From Minisyncoccota bacterium (GTDB taxonomy: Bacteria; Patescibacteriota; Minisyncoccia; Minisyncoccales; PWPS01), in NCBI GenBank assembly GCA_021734685.1, contig JAIPIL010000002.1, forward strand, positions 1 to 37,654: DNA of 37,654 nucleotides, written 5' to 3'. The translations under genes were made by a program, and so were the position numbers. The notes beneath the pieces were generated by a model. It ran no database searches. It was given only the letters and a program-made list of their open reading frames with translations, and was not told where the DNA came from. Shown one piece after another: positions 29,932-37,654 of the stretch (the first letter of the stretch is position 1; each line of letters starts with the position of its first letter).

Positions 29932-31383
29932 ATGTTCATCACCACCAGCATCGCATACACCAACGCCCCGCCTCACATCGGGTTTGCTTTGGAACTTCTT
30001 CAGGCCGATGTTATTGCAAGATACAACCGTCAACAAAATGTTGCCGTTTATTTTTTAACTGGAACCGATGAGCACGGCCACAAGATTGCAAAGAAAGCGG
30101 AAGAAGAAGGAAAAACCCCCCAACAGTTTGTTGACGAGATAACTGAAAAATACAAACTACTAACTGAAAAACTAAACATCTCCAACGATGACTTTATCAG
30201 AACTACCGATCAAGAAAAACACTGGAAAGGAGTTTACAAGATGTGGAACAAGTTAAAAGAAAGTGGAGACATCTACAAAAAAAAGTATGAAGGACTATAC
30301 TGCGTCGGATGCGAAGCGTTCAAAAGAGAAAAAGAACTGGTTGACGGAAAGTGCCCTGACCACAACAAAGAACCAGAGTTAGTAAAGGAAGAGAACTACT
30401 TCTTCCGTCTCTCAAAATACGAAACCGAGATAAAAAAACTAATCCAAGGTGACACCTTGGAAGTTGTTCCCGAGGGAAGAAAGAAAGAGATTCTTAACTT
30501 TTTAGAGGAAGGATTGGAAGACATAAGTGTTTCAAGAAGCACAAAAATTTTGAAGTGGGGGATTCCCGTTCCTGATGATGACTCACAAGTTCTTTATGTC
30601 TGGGTTGACGCTCTAACAAACTACATCTCTGCCCTCGGATACGGAGAAAACGAAGAAAAACTTGAAAAGTACTGGCCAGCCGACATCCACTTCATCGGAA
30701 AAGACATCTTAAGATTTCACGCGGTAATCTGGATCGGAATGCTTCTTTCTGCAGGATTAAAAATTCCAAAGAAGATACTATCACACGGACACATAACCTC
30801 ACAAGGAAAAAAGATGTCAAAAACACTGGGAAATGTAGTTGACCCTTTCACTATAATAGAAAAGTACGGAGTAGATCCCGTCCGTTACTACCTCTTATCA
30901 GAAATCCCAACATTATCTGATGGAGATTTTTCAGAAAGCCGTTTCATAGAAAAATACAACGCCGACCTAGCCGACGGAGTAGGAAACCTAACCTCCCGAA
31001 TAATCTCCCTAGCCAAAAAACACCCCCCCGTCATTCTGAACGAAGCGAAGCGTAGTGAAGAATCCCATTATCCTTGCAAAAACCATGAGCTTATAGAGGA
31101 GCAGTACCACCAACTAATGAAAGAACTCAAAATCAGCGAAGCCATTGAAAAAATCTGGGAAGTAATCCACCTAACCGACAAGTACATAGAAGAAGAAAAA
31201 CCATGGGAAAAAAAAGAAAACTCCAAACAAGTAGTTGAAACCCTCTTCTCAACAATAAACAAAATCGCAGAAATGCTAACCCCAATCCTCCCCGAAACAG
31301 CCCAAAAAATAAAAAAACAAACAGAAACAAAACAAAAAACCGTATTATTCCCAAAACAACCATCTGTCATTCTGAAGGAGTGA
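29932..31383 (+). CDS. metG: Methionine-tRNA ligase, short form with no C-terminal tRNA-binding domain
   Basis: ITTSIAYTNAPPHIGF, GTDEHG, YCVGCE, YVWVDAL, GKDILRFH, KMSKT. Confidence 0.97.
   Translation: MFITTSIAYTNAPPHIGFALELLQADVIARYNRQQNVAVYFLTGTDEHGHKIAKKAEEEGKTPQQFVDEITEKYKLLTEKLNISNDDFIRTTDQEKHWKGVYKMWNKLKESGDIYKKKYEGLYCVGCEAFKREKELVDGKCPDHNKEPELVKEENYFFRLSKYETEIKKLIQGDTLEVVPEGRKKEILNFLEEGLEDISVSRSTKILKWGIPVPDDDSQVLYVWVDALTNYISALGYGENEEKLEKYWPADIHFIGKDILRFHAVIWIGMLLSAGLKIPKKILSHGHITSQGKKMSKTLGNVVDPFTIIEKYGVDPVRYYLLSEIPTLSDGDFSESRFIEKYNADLADGVGNLTSRIISLAKKHPPVILNEAKRSEESHYPCKNHELIEEQYHQLMKELKISEAIEKIWEVIHLTDKYIEEEKPWEKKENSKQVVETLFSTINKIAEMLTPILPETAQKIKKQTETKQKTVLFPKQPSVILKE
31029..31089 (+). 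repeat. Type-B REP plus doublet spacer inserted in frame within metG
   Basis: CGTCATTCTGAACGAAGCGAAGCGTAGTGAAGAATCCCATTATCCTTGCAAAAACCATGAG. Confidence 0.9.
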
Positions 31384-31565
31384 AACGACTGAAGAATCCC
31401 ATCATCCTTGCAGAAACCATGAGATTCTTCGCTCCGCTCAGAATGACGGCGGAGTGTCACTCCCACCCCCCCCTGTCATTCCCGCGAAAGCGGGAATCCA
31501 GTTTGTAATTTTGGACATTGTAATTTGTAATTTATTTGGAATTTGTAATTTTGAATTTGTAATTT
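31365..31565. repeat. REP doublet, type-A REP and TGTAATT array
   Basis: Doublet 31366-31447 (contains the metG stop); type A 31475-31501. Confidence 0.9.
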
Positions 31566-31570
31566 AAATT

Positions 31571-31598
31571 TTGACTTTTCAAAATTATTAAATATACT
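31571..31598 (+). promoter_or_regulatory. Promoter for the pilus ATPase gene
   Basis: TTGACT, 16 bp, TATACT. Confidence 0.6.
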
Positions 31599-31638
31599 TA
31601 AAATTAAACAATAAAATTATTTATAAAACTCGCATCAT

Positions 31639-33339
31639 ATGTTAATTTCGGAGGAAAAACTAAGAAAACTATTATTAGAAGGTGGCTATATGAAAGAGAA
31701 CGATTTTGATATGACCCAGAAAGAAGCCGCTGGAAAAACAATTGATCTTCAAGAACTAATTGTAGAAAAAGGATTTATCCGAGACGAAACTCTCGGAAGA
31801 ATCGTTGCCGATGAAGCCGGTTACGACTACCTTGATCTAAAAAAAGCAGACATCGCAGACATAACAGACGAGATGCTCCAACACATCCCCGAAGTAGTTG
31901 CTGTTGCTCAAAAGATAGTCGTCTTCAAGGAAGAAGAAGAGTCTTTCAAAGTAGCAACTTGCCATCCTGACAACTATCCATTCTTTAAAGTATTAGAACA
32001 GAAAACCGGCAAGAAAGCCGAAGCTTACTACTCCACCCCTTTTGATATTCAGCAAGCCCTGAAGAGATATAAAGGAGATCTGATGACCGAAGTTAAACGC
32101 CTGATTAGAGAACTTGAAAAATCACCAACCGGAGCTGAAGAAAATGTGGTTGAGTTTGTAGACCTCATTATGGAGTATGCTCACTCCAACTTGGCATCTG
32201 ATGTTCATGTTGAACCACTCTCAGAGTTTGCAATTGTTAGGTTTAGAATAGATGGAATTTTACATAAAGTAGCTGAGTATCCAAAAAAACAACTTCACGA
32301 AAGAATATCATCAAGAATTAAAATTCTTGCAAAATTGCGAACCGATGAAAAATCCGCCGCTCAAGACGGTAGATTTAACTACAAAACAACTGGTGGATCA
32401 GTTGATGTTCGTGTTTCCATTATGCCCGCAACTGAAGGAGAAAATATTGTTATGCGTCTTCTTATTCAGAGAGGAAAAAGGTTTTCAATGGATGAACTTG
32501 GACTTCTTGATCACGACTTAAAGAAATTAAGAGCCGCGGTTCAGAAGCCCTACGGAATGGTGCTCTCGGTTGGACCAACTGGTAGTGGTAAAACGACTAC
32601 TCTCTACTCTGTTTTACAGACCCTAAACGAACCAGAAGTTAACATTATGACAATTGAAGATCCGGTTGAGTATGAAATAGAAGGAGTGCAACAAACCCAA
32701 GTTAATCACGCAAAAAACATCACTTTCCCAACCGGACTCCGAACTATTGTTCGTCAGGATCCAGATATCGTGATGGTTGGAGAGATCCGTGACGGTGAAA
32801 CAGTTGATATGGCGCTCAACTCTGCAATGACGGGGCACTTGGTTCTCTCAACAATGCATGCGAACGACGCCGCCACAACATTCCCTCGTTTCTTAGAGAT
32901 GGGAGCAGAGCCGTTCCTTGTGGCTTCTTCTGTTAATGTTGCGATCGCCCAAAGATTGGTAAGACAGGTCTGCCCTGACTGTAAAGAAAGTTATCACCTT
33001 AGCGAAGAACAGATAACTACTCTCAAAGAAGAAGAGGAAGGACTTGTAAGTATGATAAAAGAAATTGCCGGAGAAAAAGAGATGAAAGACATTACTTTTT
33101 ATCGCGGAAAAGGGTGCAAGTTCTGTAACGAAACAGGGTACCTATCAAGAACCGCAATCTTTGAAGTGTTAGAAGTAACCGAAGAGATAAGAAACTTAAT
33201 TGTCCAAAAAGAATCCTCCGAGATAATAAGAAGAAAAGCAATGGAACAAGGAATGTCAACAATGATGCAAGACGGAGTAGCAAAAGCCCTAAAAGGAAAA
33301 ACAACCCTAGAAGAAATAAGAAAAGTAGCGAAAACCTAA
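31639..33339 (+). CDS. pilB: Type IV pilus assembly ATPase, PilB/GspE family
   Basis: ASDVHVEP, RFRIDG, GPTGSGKTTT, TIEDPVEY, RQDPDIVMVGEIRD, TGHLVLSTMH, tetra-Cys. Confidence 0.92.
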   Translation: MLISEEKLRKLLLEGGYMKENDFDMTQKEAAGKTIDLQELIVEKGFIRDETLGRIVADEAGYDYLDLKKADIADITDEMLQHIPEVVAVAQKIVVFKEEEESFKVATCHPDNYPFFKVLEQKTGKKAEAYYSTPFDIQQALKRYKGDLMTEVKRLIRELEKSPTGAEENVVEFVDLIMEYAHSNLASDVHVEPLSEFAIVRFRIDGILHKVAEYPKKQLHERISSRIKILAKLRTDEKSAAQDGRFNYKTTGGSVDVRVSIMPATEGENIVMRLLIQRGKRFSMDELGLLDHDLKKLRAAVQKPYGMVLSVGPTGSGKTTTLYSVLQTLNEPEVNIMTIEDPVEYEIEGVQQTQVNHAKNITFPTGLRTIVRQDPDIVMVGEIRDGETVDMALNSAMTGHLVLSTMHANDAATTFPRFLEMGAEPFLVASSVNVAIAQRLVRQVCPDCKESYHLSEEQITTLKEEEEGLVSMIKEIAGEKEMKDITFYRGKGCKFCNETGYLSRTAIFEVLEVTEEIRNLIVQKESSEIIRRKAMEQGMSTMMQDGVAKALKGKTTLEEIRKVAKT

Positions 33340-33342
33340 CAA

Positions 33343-33600
<258 letters not shown>

Positions 33601-33608
33601 AAACATCC

Positions 33609-34655
33609 ATGTTTCTAGATTCCATATCCACTCAAGAAAAGGTAGATTTTGTTAAAAATCTTGCCCTTCTCATAAAAAGCGGAAAACCCGTTAACGAGTC
33701 TTTTGATCTTCTTTCTCGTCAGGCTCGTTCTTCGGTTATGAGAAAGACCCTTGAGAACGCAAAAGAAAAATCAGAGAGAGGAACTCCGCTTCACCAGATA
33801 TTTGAAGAAAGCCCTCACTTTGAAAAAGTGTTCGTCAGTTTTATCAGAGCCGGAGAAGAATCAGGAACTCTTGAAAAAAACTTACTAAACCTTACTAGTT
33901 GGCTTGAAAGACAACACACTCTTAAAAAAGAAATTAAATCAGCAACTCTTTATCCAAAGATAATTGTCACTTTTGCAGTTGTTCTTAGTGCAGGACTTGC
34001 ACTCTTTGTTCTTCCAAACTTAGTGCCGATCTTTGCCACTCTTGATGTTGAACTCCCCCTCGCAACAAGAGTTCTGCTCTACATCTCAAATGTGATGCAA
34101 GATTACGGATTATACATTATCGGAGGATTAGCAGGTTTCATATTTGCGATATACTTGCTCTTCAAACTAGAACCACTAAAAAGACTGTGGCACCGTTTTT
34201 TGTTGATAACTCCCGTTGCGGGAAGTATGGCAAAAGATTACCAACTAACCGTTATCTCCCAACTAATATCAACCCTCTTCCGAAGCGGATTAACAATCAA
34301 CGCTTCCTTAGAGATCATCTCTGACTCAGTAACAAACACAAGATACCAAGACGCCCTAGACCAGATAAGAGAAAGAGTAGCAAAAGGAACAAGTTTCTCT
34401 GAAACACTAAAAAACTACCCTGATCTTTTTTCAGAAGTATTCATATCAGTAGTTGCCACCGGAGAACAAACTGGTTCCTTTGGAGAATCATTTGACTACC
34501 TATCCGAGTTCTTTGCCACCCGCCTAACAGAAAAATCAAAACGCCTACCAGTAGTAATAGAACCACTATTACTGATAGGAATAGGAGTATTCGTATTCCT
34601 AATAGCAATAGCAATAATAATGCCAATATACGAAGTAACAAAAGGGTTGTACTAA
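33609..34655 (+). CDS. pilC: Type IV pilus inner-membrane platform protein, PilC/GspF family
   Basis: GEESGTL, ATLYP, VELPLATR, GEQTG, IEPLL..IMPIY. Confidence 0.92.
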   Translation: MFLDSISTQEKVDFVKNLALLIKSGKPVNESFDLLSRQARSSVMRKTLENAKEKSERGTPLHQIFEESPHFEKVFVSFIRAGEESGTLEKNLLNLTSWLERQHTLKKEIKSATLYPKIIVTFAVVLSAGLALFVLPNLVPIFATLDVELPLATRVLLYISNVMQDYGLYIIGGLAGFIFAIYLLFKLEPLKRLWHRFLLITPVAGSMAKDYQLTVISQLISTLFRSGLTINASLEIISDSVTNTRYQDALDQIRERVAKGTSFSETLKNYPDLFSEVFISVVATGEQTGSFGESFDYLSEFFATRLTEKSKRLPVVIEPLLLIGIGVFVFLIAIAIIMPIYEVTKGLY

Positions 34656-34664
34656 ACACCCCCC

Positions 34665-34865
34665 CGTCATTCTGAGCGAAGCGAAGAATCCCATCGTAAA
34701 AGCACCAAATCCAAAATCACAAATCCCAAATAAGCACCAATAACCAAAACCCAAAATCCAAAACAACAATTTGTCATTCCCAGCTTGACTGGGAATCCAG
34801 TTTGTAATTTTGAAAATTTGAATTTGTAATTTATTTGTAATTTGTAATTTTGAATTTGTAATTTA
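34665..34865. repeat. Type-B REP, CCAAA(T/A) array, type-A variant and TGTAATT array
   Basis: Type A 34773-34800. Confidence 0.88.
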
Positions 34866-34874
34866 ATTTTTTTC

Positions 34875-34902
34875 TTTACAAAAAAAAATTTATAAATATA
34901 CT
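34875..34902 (+). promoter_or_regulatory. Pilin promoter, probably leaderless
   Basis: TTTACA, 16 bp, TATACT; ATG at 34909. Confidence 0.5.
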
Positions 34903-34908
34903 TAAAAT

Positions 34909-35334
34909 ATGAGAAGAAATTTCACACAAAAAGGATTCACCACCCCCCGTCATTCTGACACCCCCCGTCATTCTGAGCGAAGCGAAGAATCCCATCAAAA
35001 AAACGCTTTCACTATAATAGAACTCCTCGTAGTAGTAGCAGTAATTGCAATACTCGCTATCTTAATCCTTATCCCTTTACAAAACGCCCGTGAAAACGCA
35101 AGAATAACAAAAGGACTTCACTTCGCAGAACAGATCCACCGCAAAATTATGCTAGAAAATGAAAGCGAATACAAGTTTGATGACGCCACTCCAGGAACTT
35201 GGCTCACCGAAGGAGAAACAGTAACAGACTTCTCAAACAGCGGAAACGACGGAACAGTAGCCGGACAAGTCTATGTCCAAGCAGAAGGAGTCCCAGGAAC
35301 AGAAAACCCAGCAATATACTTCGACGGAAACTAA
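34909..35334 (+). CDS. Type IV prepilin-like protein with a REP-derived leader insert and the N-terminal part of a LamG-like domain
   Basis: A|FTIIELLVVVAVIAIL, ARENAR; C-terminus YKFDD..VTDFSNSGNDGT..AIYFDGN*. Confidence 0.85.
   Translation: MRRNFTQKGFTTPRHSDTPRHSERSEESHQKNAFTIIELLVVVAVIAILAILILIPLQNARENARITKGLHFAEQIHRKIMLENESEYKFDDATPGTWLTEGETVTDFSNSGNDGTVAGQVYVQAEGVPGTENPAIYFDGN
34948..34996 (+). repeat. Half-site plus type-B REP in frame in the pilin leader
   Basis: CGTCATTCTGACACCCCCCGTCATTCTGAGCGAAGCGAAGAATCCCATC. Confidence 0.9.
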
Positions 35335-35336
35335 AA

Positions 35337-35588
35337 CGCTTCCAAAGGAAGCGCGCGAAACAACGCAAAACCCCCCCCTGTCATTCTGAAGGAGTGAAAC
35401 GACTGAAGAATCCCATCATCCTTGCAGAAACCATGAGATTCTTCGCTTCGCTCAGAATGACAACAGGATGTCATTCCCGCGAAAGCGGGAATCCAGAAAC
35501 CCCGCATCCGTCATTCTGAGCGAAGCGAAGAATCCCGTTTTGAAAATTAGAAAATTCAAAATTGATTCAAAATTCAAAATTCAAAATT
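35337..35588. repeat. Cap hairpin, CGCAAAA array, doublet, type-A and type-B REPs, TCAAAAT array
   Basis: Doublet 35380-35461; type A 35470-35496. Confidence 0.9.
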
Positions 35589-35595
35589 AATAATC

Positions 35596-36603
35596 ATGTC
35601 TAACTCAATAAACAAAAAACTATCCCTAACCCTCAGTCTCCTCACCCTAACCTTATCCCTCACCCTCGCCTCTCCCGCTTCCGCAGAATGTACTGGAGGT
35701 TCTGTAAACGGTTGGGCTTGGTCTGACAACATCGGCTGGATATCTCTTAGTTGTGAAAACCAAGGAGACGAAGTTGATTACGCTCTTAATATAGACGCAG
35801 GAACTGGACTTGTCAGTGGATACGCTTGGTCAGAAGTTGTTGGTTGGATAAGTTTTAATGAAGCAGATCTAACTGATTGTCCTGAAGGAACTTGCGAAGC
35901 AAGAGAAGTAGATGGCGTTTTAACCGGATGGGCAAAAGTAATTGACACCGACGAAGAAGGAACCTACTACGGCGAGTATGATGAGTGGATCTCACTCTCT
36001 GGAGAAGCCGACGACGCAACAGAGTACGGAGTAGAAGTTGATGATATGGGAAACATCACTGGTGGTTTTGCATACGGAGATCAAACCGTCGGATGGATAG
36101 AGTTTGGATACAGCAGTTCTGGTGGAGGAATTCCAGGAGAACTACCGGGAGTTGGAGATGGTAACTACATCTCACTGCTTGGAAGTGAAAACTGGCCTGA
36201 CAAATTTGATAGCATAACATTTAGTGCATGGGTCTACTGGGAAGGAGTAGGAACTCAAGAAACATCTGGTATCTACGGAATAACGACAGACGAAACATTC
36301 GTTGAGTTTGAAGTTCTCGCTGACGGAGAGTTACGACTTGCCCTCAACGGAAACATACAAACCACAGACGAAGTCATCAAAGAAGAAAAATGGACCCATA
36401 TTTCTTTCACATACAAAGGGGGAGAAAGTAGATGGGCAAGAATATATGTTGACGGAGAAAAGGTAGGCGAAAATCAGTTCAACGCAGGATCACTAAACAT
36501 CCCAACCGAAGACGGATTCCACGCAATAGGAAGCGCCGGCCTAAACAAAAACTTCAACGGCTACATAACAAGAATCCGCCTATACCACAATATTTTTGAG
36601 TAA
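35596..36603 (+). CDS. Secreted protein with G(W/Y)AWS..GWIS repeats and a C-terminal LamG-like fragment
   Basis: Signal peptide ending ASA; GWAWSDNIGWISL and GYAWSEVVGWISF; ITFSAWV..WTHISFTY..IYVDG..FNGYI..IRLY. Confidence 0.8.
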   Translation: MSNSINKKLSLTLSLLTLTLSLTLASPASAECTGGSVNGWAWSDNIGWISLSCENQGDEVDYALNIDAGTGLVSGYAWSEVVGWISFNEADLTDCPEGTCEAREVDGVLTGWAKVIDTDEEGTYYGEYDEWISLSGEADDATEYGVEVDDMGNITGGFAYGDQTVGWIEFGYSSSGGGIPGELPGVGDGNYISLLGSENWPDKFDSITFSAWVYWEGVGTQETSGIYGITTDETFVEFEVLADGELRLALNGNIQTTDEVIKEEKWTHISFTYKGGESRWARIYVDGEKVGENQFNAGSLNIPTEDGFHAIGSAGLNKNFNGYITRIRLYHNIFE

Positions 36604-36620
36604 AGAAATGCCAACATTCC

Positions 36621-36808
36621 TGTCATTCTGAAGGAGTGAAACGACTGAAGAATCCCATCATTCCTGCAGAAACCATGAGATTCTTCACTTCACTTCGTTC
36701 TGTTCAGAATGACAGGGTGGCGTGTCATTCTGAGCGAAGCGAAGAATCCCATTTGTAATTTTGAAAATTTGAATTTGTAATTTATTTGTAATTTGTAATT
36801 TGTAATTT
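36621..36808. repeat. REP doublet, type-B REP and TGTAATT array
   Basis: Doublet 36622-36712. Confidence 0.88.
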
Positions 36809-36814
36809 AACAAT

Positions 36815-37114
36815 ATGTATAACCCAACAATAAACATAAGCTGGAAAAAAGCTGTAATCGGCTTAATAATTTTAATAATATTAGCAGGAGTTATTTTCGC
36901 TGTTTATAACATATACTTCGGACCCCCAACTGAAGAAGAGATAGAACAACAAGAAAGAGAAATCCTAGACGCAAAAATACAACAAGAAAGAAGCGCCCTA
37001 GACCAAGCAAGAGAAGACGCCAGAGGAGATGAGTACATTCCTCCAACAACAGAAGAAAGAGAAGAAGACATAGAAAAACAAATAGAAGAACTACAAAACC
37101 TACGTCGCCGATAA
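36815..37114 (+). CDS. Hypothetical single-TM protein with an acidic coiled-coil tail
   Basis: AVIGLIILIILAGVIFAVY followed by an E/Q-rich helix. Confidence 0.7.
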   Translation: MYNPTINISWKKAVIGLIILIILAGVIFAVYNIYFGPPTEEEIEQQEREILDAKIQQERSALDQAREDARGDEYIPPTTEEREEDIEKQIEELQNLRRR

Positions 37115-37310
37115 CGGCGCGCGAAACAACGCGAAACTGAAAACGCAAAACAACGCAAAACTTCACCCCCCCCGTCATTCTGAAGGAGTGAAACGACTGA
37201 AGAATCCCATCATCCTTGCAAAAACCATGAGATTCTTCGCTTCGCTCAGAATGACGGCGGAGTGTCATTCCCAGCTTGACTAGGAATCCAGTAATCAGCG
37301 TTCATCAGCG
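37106..37310. repeat. Cap hairpin, CGCAAAA array, doublet, type-A variant, ATCAGCG units
   Basis: Doublet 37174-37255; type A 37264-37291. Confidence 0.9.
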
Positions 37311-37356
37311 TTTTTCAAAATTAAAAAATTAAATATTCATTTAAAATTAATAAAAA

Positions 37357-37654
37357 ATGTATAAATCCATCAACAATAAAATATCCCTTACTCTTGGAGT
37401 TTTCTTCTCAATATTCTTATTATCCCTTGCTGTTTTTGCTTGGACGGAGCCAACAGAAGCTCCTCCAGGAGGAAATATTCCTTATCCAATAAATGCTGTA
37501 GACAGTGCTCAGTATAAAACCGGAGCACTCGGCGTAGGAGGAGTATTCCAAACTGACACCGAAACTCATCTAGCAGTAGATAGTGGTACTGTCGGAATCG
37601 GAACAGAAACAACAGGAGGACTCCTTGGGCTAAAAGATGCAAATACATACATTG
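37357..37654 (+). CDS. Secreted fibre-like surface protein, 5' part, runs off the window
   Basis: Not in the ORF track; translates as MYKSINNKISLTLGVFFSIFLLSLAVFAWTEPTEAPPGGNIPYPIN..QYKTGALGVGG..VGIGT with no stop. Confidence 0.75.
   Translation, partial: MYKSINNKISLTLGVFFSIFLLSLAVFAWTEPTEAPPGGNIPYPINAVDSAQYKTGALGVGGVFQTDTETHLAVDSGTVGIGTETTGGLLGLKDANTYI

Overview
AT-rich bacterial chromosome segment, most likely Patescibacteria/CPR (Parcubacteria-like). This is inferred from the compact RpoB/RpoC, apparently leaderless genes, Elp3, IleRS type 2 and CPR-style surface proteins. Gene content is mostly housekeeping: rpoB, rpoC, tRNA-Gly(TCC), holA, rpsT, ruvA, murE, NIF3-like, elp3 plus a Trm9-like methyltransferase, ssrA, infC-rpmI-rplT, smpB, argS, ileS, recO, an M16 peptidase, an AI-2E transporter, metG and a type IV pilus/surface cluster. 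The unusual biology is non-coding. Most larger intergenic spaces hold nested mosaics of (C/T)GTCATT-tagged palindromes (23 full dRS3-like copies, 20 in one orientation, and about 14 REPIN-like doublets) together with several heptamer-repeat families. A lone 99-aa GIY-YIG nuclease gene is bracketed by an inverted pair of these palindromes, as RAYT genes are by REPs, so it is a candidate mobiliser. Around the repeats, coding DNA shows a roughly 100-150 bp halo in which T and G are depleted from the + strand at synonymous sites, regardless of gene orientation, suggesting local strand-specific mutagenesis. Other highlights are a putative Elp3+Trm9 mcm5U pathway, a LamG domain split between a pilin and the next gene, in-frame repeat insertions in metG and in pilin leaders, and a 255-bp Y-shaped element in front of tmRNA. 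All counts are manual; no database searches were run.
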